The notes beneath the pieces are model-generated. The model saw nothing but the letters and a program-made list of their open reading frames with translations, was not told where the DNA came from and made no database searches. 62,801 nucleotides of DNA from a virus (lineage: Duplodnaviria; Caudoviricetes), in IMG/VR virus record IMGVR_UViG_3300034053_000018, positions 1 through 62,801 of that record, one strand, 5' to 3'. Numbering within the stretch: the first letter of the stretch is position 1; every line of letters begins with the position of its first letter. This document shows positions 56,843 through 62,801 of the stretch, one piece after another. The translations under genes and the position numbers were made by a program.

Positions 56843-57234
56843 TGCGGCCCCTTGATGAATGCCGCCCAGAGGATGTAGCCAACCCAACTCAGGAACCCAA
56901 GAACGCCGACCTTAACCGTGTTCTTGATGACTTCCTTCTTCACATCATCTGCCCATTCACCGAATTGCTTACGGGTGAGATGGTCGTCTTTGTGACCGTT
57001 CAGGTCGGGCTTACCATCGACATGCAGGAAGGCACCGGAGCAATCCATCTTCTCAGTCCATGCTTCCAGTGACTTAATCAGCTCTGAATGCCGCTTCTCA
57101 GCAGCGAACCGCCACCCCTGAAGCTCGTCCTTGAGGGACTGGATTTCAGTGCCTTCTTCTTCCATGTGGCGGGTAAGTTCGCCGCGCATCGAATTGACGC
57201 TGGCGAGGATTTGGGTTGCGAGATCGTCAGTCAT
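56839..57234 (-). CDS. Membrane protein of the lysis module
   Basis: C-terminal TM helix; directly upstream of the endolysin. Confidence 0.65.
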   Translation of the reverse strand: MTDDLATQILASVNSMRGELTRHMEEEGTEIQSLKDELQGWRFAAEKRHSELIKSLEAWTEKMDCSGAFLHVDGKPDLNGHKDDHLTRKQFGEWADDVKKEVIKNTVKVGVLGFLSWVGYILWAAFIKGPQ

Positions 57235-57240
57235 GGTTAT

Positions 57241-58020
57241 TCAGTCTTCAATAAATTTAACGGTGAAGCCCATTACTGACTTTCGATCACCTTTGGCACA
57301 CGACCGGATATTACTGTTACTAGAACACCCAATCGCTTTGGCGCACTCGGTGATCGAGTCAAACACGCGACCATCTGACAGTTCGACTTTCTTTTGCTTG
57401 GACTTATAGTCACCGCGAGCATGACGCATCTTAGCCGCAGAACTTGCATTTTCTCGTGCGACAGGTGTCTGCCAACCTTCAGCGCGCTTAGAAATAATCC
57501 GAGTGCGATAGCCGTCATCGCTCCACAATTCTTTATGCGTAACACTGATATTCTGACGCAACTGTGGGTTCTTAATGAAAGACGCCTTGATTCTCTCAGA
57601 TTGCGCTTTAGCGTTGATCGGGTCACTGAGAAAATTGTGTGTCCGGATCGCTTGCTTTTTACACTCGTCTGGGTCTTGCCACCGAGTTGTGGCAGCCTTA
57701 GATAAGGTGTCGCGCAAAGCATCTGTCATTACGGTGTTTTCACCGCCTGACGTCAGGTTGTACCCGTTAGGTGCCTCGCACTGATAGTGATTGATCCAAA
57801 ACGACTCTTTGTATGCGAGTTGGTCATGAATCTCAGCGATGTCTATGGCGTTTACTGAAAACGACTGATCCCCGTACTTACGCACAGCTTTGCATAGAAG
57901 ACGATCAGATCCCCTGCGTGCATCGGCTAAATGACCTTTCCACCGGGAAGATACAGCGTGTTTAGTCATCCCGACGTACTTTTTACCATTCACCTGATTT
58001 TCAATCAGATAGATAAACAC
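57241..58020 (-). CDS. Free-standing GIY-YIG homing endonuclease
   Basis: FIYLIEN.VNGKKYVG.T..RW..H; E..WI..PNGYNLT.GG; C-terminal HTH-like segment. Confidence 0.88.
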   Translation of the reverse strand: MFIYLIENQVNGKKYVGMTKHAVSSRWKGHLADARRGSDRLLCKAVRKYGDQSFSVNAIDIAEIHDQLAYKESFWINHYQCEAPNGYNLTSGGENTVMTDALRDTLSKAATTRWQDPDECKKQAIRTHNFLSDPINAKAQSERIKASFIKNPQLRQNISVTHKELWSDDGYRTRIISKRAEGWQTPVARENASSAAKMRHARGDYKSKQKKVELSDGRVFDSITECAKAIGCSSNSNIRSCAKGDRKSVMGFTVKFIED

Positions 58021-58021
58021 A

Positions 58022-60748
58022 TCACACCTCTGGGGCCAAAAGTTTTGCAGCCAATTCCATCGTTCTAGTCTGATGTTGTGACTGATTTGCCAACATAGCT
58101 TTCAGTCCTTCAGTCATCGTAGCCAACGCATCGTGGGACCGGGATCGCTCAATTTCGGTAAGCATGTTCCGCAATTCCTCTAACATACCTGTGTCTTGTT
58201 GAGGAGCTTGGGCAAGACGCGAGGTTTCCTCTTTGACAGCTTCCCTCATTTTAGCCACTAAAAGGTTGGTCATGTTGTCTTGCTCGTTTTTGCGTAGCTC
58301 TGTAGAAGCCTTTTGAGCATTATCAGCGTCGTTCTTCTGCACCTCGACCTGCTGCTTGAGTCGCTCGACCGACTGACGGAATTCAGCCTCCATCATCGCC
58401 AGACGGTTCTCTTGCTCTAGCTTGATCTGATCCATCTGCTGCTGATGTTGAAGTGCTGCCTGCTTCATCTCCATCTCGGCAGCTTGCTTCATCTGCTCAC
58501 CCTGAGCCTTGGTGGTCTCCAACTGCATCTTGCCTTGGAACTCAGCCTTAGCGCGAGCATCTTCCATCTGGGCAACCTGCATTGTCGCTTGGGTCTGCGG
58601 GTCCATCGGAGGCGGAGGAGTCTTCTTCTGCACCAGTTGTTGGGCAGCGGCGAGCATCTGGAGCAACTCACCAAGGGTCTGTTGCGCGATGGTGTCCACT
58701 GCCGCCGAGCCAACGGCCTGCACCCGCTCGGGGGAAGCATCTGGCAACAAGTGTCCGGTAGCCAGTGCCATCGACTGACCTTGGGCAACCGCTTGCGGAT
58801 AGTACATGGTCAAATGTTCGCCGCAATGCGCGAGCAGTGGAGCTAGTTGCTGACCACCGTAGCCGGGACCACTACCGAAGGCCGGTGACAGGATGAACCG
58901 GAGGTGCGTCTCCATGTGGGCCAGATGATCTTGGTCAGGGAATGCCTTCAACGGAATGCCGCTCACTGCTGCCATGTTCTCGGCAACAGGCTCCATGCGC
59001 TTCGGCTTGGGCTGTTCCGGCAACAACTTGTCAGCATCCGCCACGTTCAGCAGACGCAGCATCCGGCGATGACCTTCGATCCGGTTGTACGGGATCGTCG
59101 CGTCACTCATCAACTGCATGACGGCTTGCATCTGGGCAAACCGCTGCGCTTCACTGAAGATGTTGGGGTCGCTTACCGGCGAGATGTCGTCGGTGTGGCG
59201 GAATATCTCAGGATCAATCTTCTTCCCGAGCATCCGTTCCCAGACTTCCGTCTCGGGATAGTCAGCGTTCAGGCGGCACAACACCTCCAAGGCTTTCGCC
59301 TGCGAGTGGTGCAGACGCATGTGGATGGCGCTGAATACCTTGGAGCCCTGCTCGATCATCGCCAAGGACGTACCTACCGGCATCCGGTCAGATACGTCGG
59401 AGATCTTCTCTTCGGCGGTAGCAACTACCCCCTTGCCGGTCTCGACGAGGAAGCCCATCAACTGGAACAGTACCGGATTGGGTCCGGCGAATGGGATGGG
59501 TGACACCATCTTACGGATGTCGTCAATGCCCGTCGGACCTTCGATTTCCTGAACCTGAGTTACCGCGACTTCCGTGGTTTGACCCACCAACCGTCCCGAT
59601 TTGAGCTTGAGAAGCGTCGGGGCATTGGCAGCGTGAGCAGAATCAAGCAAGGCACGAAGAGCGCCAGTGGCAGCAGCAGAAAGGCCACCAATGAGGTGAG
59701 GAAGGCCAAGCTTATACGCACCACGCCAAGGAATGAATCCCCACTCAACCAACCAGTCAAGTCGCGCAAAGTCATCGTCGCCCTCTCTCCAGTTACGGTA
59801 GAGACCTACCAGTTTCTCGGTAAATACGTCGATGTGTGCAATGTAGGGGGCGACACCCTGAACAGACTCGTCCCACTCGGTGTAATCCGAATCGACGTAT
59901 ATCTCATAGACCTCACGCAACCCATCCTCATTGTAGGCATCGTTGTCGTCCTTACCCTCGATCTTGTTGTTGGCAACATCGACAACACTGTAATCAAGAT
60001 CCTCCGCAGTCGGAGGCTTATCACCAAGGTCGATGTACAACCCGTTCTCTACCCGAGCGTCGAACTCCTGACGGGTGATGAACTGCTGATGAGTGATACG
60101 GGATGCTGAATAGAAGTTGGTGCAGTGAAACGGGAGGAACACATGGTCGATAGGGATGAACTCCACCCGCTTACGCCGACCGTCGTGCCACATCTTGAGG
60201 TACTGGGAGCCGCCCATTGGCAACTGTGACAGCAGGGACTCCTGCTCATCACGGTACTCTGGGATGAGGCGGGTCAATTGCAGGTTGAGGATGTCCCGCT
60301 TGGTTGTCGCGATCTCAAGGCGCTCGGTGTCGTCATCCGAGATAATGCTTGTGCGTACCGGCCCACCGGACGGGAACAACTCCTTGATGGCTCGTGCCTC
60401 GAAGTCCACACAGGCTTCGGCCAGCATCGGATGCACCACACGGGATGCACCGTTGAACTGAGCGCCACCGGGGGCGTCATCACCGAGGCCAGAACGCCGG
60501 AGGCCATCCTCGTACTGTTTCTGCCGCTTCTCACGGGACTCTTTGTCCCGTGTAACCGCTTCAATCAGGTCGGAACCAACCTGCAACCGATCCTGATCGG
60601 ACATCGGCTCGGCAAGGTTTTCGTCGAACGTGGATTCGGTCTCTACATCAAGAGCAGCCATGTCAATAATGGCAGAACCGTCATCCAACTCGGTGACGGC
60701 CATTTCGGGGTCTTCTTGGAAGACCTCAGACGATTCTACGGGTTCCAT
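58022..60748 (-). CDS. Portal protein
   Basis: GASRVVHPMLAEACVDF; GLPHLIGGLS.AAT.ALR.LLD; PVGT.LA.IEQG.KVFSAIH.RLH; PVSDPNIFS; coiled-coil tail. Confidence 0.9.
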   Translation of the reverse strand: MEPVESSEVFQEDPEMAVTELDDGSAIIDMAALDVETESTFDENLAEPMSDQDRLQVGSDLIEAVTRDKESREKRQKQYEDGLRRSGLGDDAPGGAQFNGASRVVHPMLAEACVDFEARAIKELFPSGGPVRTSIISDDDTERLEIATTKRDILNLQLTRLIPEYRDEQESLLSQLPMGGSQYLKMWHDGRRKRVEFIPIDHVFLPFHCTNFYSASRITHQQFITRQEFDARVENGLYIDLGDKPPTAEDLDYSVVDVANNKIEGKDDNDAYNEDGLREVYEIYVDSDYTEWDESVQGVAPYIAHIDVFTEKLVGLYRNWREGDDDFARLDWLVEWGFIPWRGAYKLGLPHLIGGLSAAATGALRALLDSAHAANAPTLLKLKSGRLVGQTTEVAVTQVQEIEGPTGIDDIRKMVSPIPFAGPNPVLFQLMGFLVETGKGVVATAEEKISDVSDRMPVGTSLAMIEQGSKVFSAIHMRLHHSQAKALEVLCRLNADYPETEVWERMLGKKIDPEIFRHTDDISPVSDPNIFSEAQRFAQMQAVMQLMSDATIPYNRIEGHRRMLRLLNVADADKLLPEQPKPKRMEPVAENMAAVSGIPLKAFPDQDHLAHMETHLRFILSPAFGSGPGYGGQQLAPLLAHCGEHLTMYYPQAVAQGQSMALATGHLLPDASPERVQAVGSAAVDTIAQQTLGELLQMLAAAQQLVQKKTPPPPMDPQTQATMQVAQMEDARAKAEFQGKMQLETTKAQGEQMKQAAEMEMKQAALQHQQQMDQIKLEQENRLAMMEAEFRQSVERLKQQVEVQKNDADNAQKASTELRKNEQDNMTNLLVAKMREAVKEETSRLAQAPQQDTGMLEELRNMLTEIERSRSHDALATMTEGLKAMLANQSQHQTRTMELAAKLLAPEV

Positions 60749-60789
60749 AGTAGCCCTCGGGCTGAATTTCAACTAATGATAGCACAAAC

Positions 60790-62109
60790 CTATCGTGAGT
60801 ATCGAGCCAATCCGCCGGTAGCCATTGGGTGCCGTGGGGGATTCCCCGTGTGCATCCGACCCTGAGGACTCATATTGGTGAATTGCGGCTTACCTTTGGC
60901 AGGCCTGCGCCCGAGAATCCTGTCAATCTCTGCGGCGATCCGCTGCATCTCGGCTTGCGGATCACGGGGACGACCCATCACGCGCACATCCTGACCAAGA
61001 GTCTCCAGTATGTCGAGGCCGGGAGCGTTGGGGTGCAACCCCTCGGGGCCACCACCACGAATCGCTGTGGGGCGCTCCGACATCGGGATGGGCGGCTGAC
61101 CGCTATCACGCCCAGTATACTGCGCCCCCCGACCCTGAAGCCGACCACGGAAGGATGTGTCAGGAGTGGGGAGTCCGTGGTTGAGAAACCCTAACTCATC
61201 CGCGCTTGCACCGGGGGCTGCTGAGTACAGGCCATCAGGACCACCACGCCCCGGTATCGGAGTTGGCATCTCTTGACGCATTCTGGACAGATCCAACTCA
61301 CCCTGCCCACGCATCGCCGTCTTCGGACGCGGCATCGACCCCATGCCGTATTCTTTAAGCATTGCATACGCCTGATCATCCGACAACTGCGTACCTGACC
61401 CCATGCCGGGGAGAGACATCTGCCTCGGATCACCACGCAGGGAGTAGGCACGGTCGGCCAACTCGCTACCGCGCGCAGATACGGCAGGGTCAGCACTACG
61501 CATCATGTTGTCAGCCGTAGTGTTCAACTTGCTTTGAACATTCATCCCGTAGGGGTTGGTGGGTTTAGCCGCAGCGATTGTAGGTTCGATGCGACTTGCC
61601 GCACTCAGACCACCCCGGCGAGAAGCCATTTGGGCAATCTTCGGCACCATTGCCGCCGCTCCGGGTATTGCCAACATCGCCAAATCCAACTCAGGGGCAA
61701 CCGACTCAACACCTTGAGGATTGAATCGGTGGTTGGTTGCGAACATCGGGTCTTCTTGAGAGTATGTCTCTGTGTGAGTGTCACCCTTCGGTGCGCGAAG
61801 AGCCTCAATCAGTGCAGCCAGATCGCTTGTGGAGCCGACCTCGGAGTCAATCGCTGCGGTCATGCGGTCAGCAGGTGCCGCCATAGAGCGCGTCGGTGCA
61901 GCGGGTGCCGCATAGTTCGCCATGCGACGCATCTGACGGTCGTCAGAGGTGTTGTCGACCCGTGGTCGCGATGGTCGGGCCATCGGCCTCGGAGCGTCAC
62001 GCGCTGCGCGCTCGGCCATTTCCTGACCAATGAGGGACTCTAACGCGTTGGTGTCGATACCACCCGACGCTTCGATGGCTGCTTTAATTGCGCTGATTCT
62101 ATCGGACAT
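60790..62109 (-). CDS. Low-complexity virion-associated protein
   Basis: 439 aa, Pro/Arg/Met-rich; ends MATGGLARYSR. Confidence 0.7.
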   Translation of the reverse strand: MSDRISAIKAAIEASGGIDTNALESLIGQEMAERAARDAPRPMARPSRPRVDNTSDDRQMRRMANYAAPAAPTRSMAAPADRMTAAIDSEVGSTSDLAALIEALRAPKGDTHTETYSQEDPMFATNHRFNPQGVESVAPELDLAMLAIPGAAAMVPKIAQMASRRGGLSAASRIEPTIAAAKPTNPYGMNVQSKLNTTADNMMRSADPAVSARGSELADRAYSLRGDPRQMSLPGMGSGTQLSDDQAYAMLKEYGMGSMPRPKTAMRGQGELDLSRMRQEMPTPIPGRGGPDGLYSAAPGASADELGFLNHGLPTPDTSFRGRLQGRGAQYTGRDSGQPPIPMSERPTAIRGGGPEGLHPNAPGLDILETLGQDVRVMGRPRDPQAEMQRIAAEIDRILGRRPAKGKPQFTNMSPQGRMHTGNPPRHPMATGGLARYSR

Positions 62110-62801
62110 TTTGGTTCCTTAATTGGACGAGACCACCGCGTTTCTCAGTTGGCTCGAAATGATGGATCAGATCGTCCACCTTCACACCTGTCGCTTTTTC
62201 AAAATATGCTGGGTCAAATGGATATTGAGCAGCCCTCTGATCTGGTGTCAAATTCATACGATGTTGAGTTAATCGGGCTTCCGCCTCACCCCCAAGTCGT
62301 TGGTACGCTTGAAACTGAGGTAACCCTTTATCTGCTTGAGCTAATATGTCGGACACACTCTCAAACTGTCGCAAAATAGGGGCGTAATCTTCACCCAAAT
62401 CATGCTTGCGTAGCATTTGTTGGGACAAGTCTTGCTGAATAGCTTTCAGCCGATTAAACGTCATAGCGTCAGGTGATCCACCCAATCCGAAATTTTCTAA
62501 CCGTTGAACACCATGTTGTACTTCATGTAGTACTGGTGATTTAGCATTCGGCCCCTGAGCTATCAACTGCGGATAAAACTCATGGTAGTCTGGCCCATCT
62601 CTACTATAGCTTCCCTGCTCGGGGACATTTTTCCCCTCATAAATAGCCGACTGCTTTTTCCGCAGTTCAGGGTAGGCATCAAACAACTCAGGGTGGTTTA
62701 ACCCTTTATCCAAGTCACCGCTGGCTGATATTTCCCCAGATTTCCCTTGGTGTGAAAGGTTCGTTTTTGCGGAGTTGTCCGGTATCTCAAACCGCCATTG
62801 A
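62099..62801 (-). CDS. 3' part of LPD23-like protein with HExxH motif
   Basis: HPELFDAYPEL, LHEVQHGVQ, YQRLGGEAEARLTQHR motifs. Confidence 0.8.
   Translation of the reverse strand, partial: QWRFEIPDNSAKTNLSHQGKSGEISASGDLDKGLNHPELFDAYPELRKKQSAIYEGKNVPEQGSYSRDGPDYHEFYPQLIAQGPNAKSPVLHEVQHGVQRLENFGLGGSPDAMTFNRLKAIQQDLSQQMLRKHDLGEDYAPILRQFESVSDILAQADKGLPQFQAYQRLGGEAEARLTQHRMNLTPDQRAAQYPFDPAYFEKATGVKVDDLIHHFEPTEKRGGLVQLRNQNVR
62638..62801. repeat. Terminal direct repeat (copy 2); circular overlap
   Basis: Identical to 1-164 except one synonymous mismatch. Confidence 0.97.

Overview
The window is an essentially complete dsDNA tailed-phage genome. Bases 1-164 repeat at 62638-62801, so the unit length is about 62,637 bp and the map is circular. 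It looks podovirus-like: portal, major capsid, tail-tube proteins, large internal virion proteins, and no recognisable tape measure or integrase. The + strand (5.8-25.9 kb) carries early and replication genes: GP88-like, UvrD, DUF2800, DUF2815 SSB, family-B-like DNA polymerase, Rha, VRR-NUC, SNF2 and dCTP deaminase, with an inverted primase-polymerase/DUF3987 gene among them. The - strand carries packaging, lysis and virion genes. The top finding is in the large terminase, which has a 359-aa intein in its nuclease motif. The intein's middle has no in-frame endonuclease. Instead a 246-aa HNH/zinc-ribbon endonuclease is encoded in an overlapping, shifted frame with its own AGGAGG RBS, and its stop codon lies inside the intein's block-F TYNL codons. 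The same terminase also carries a second, apparently catalytically dead nuclease domain. Other notable items are four free-standing homing endonucleases, a repeat-rich 1.2-kb non-coding region, a candidate structured ncRNA, a recurring GG(L) motif in virion proteins and a papain-like peptidase in the tail module. All family calls come from motif recognition by eye, not from database searches.
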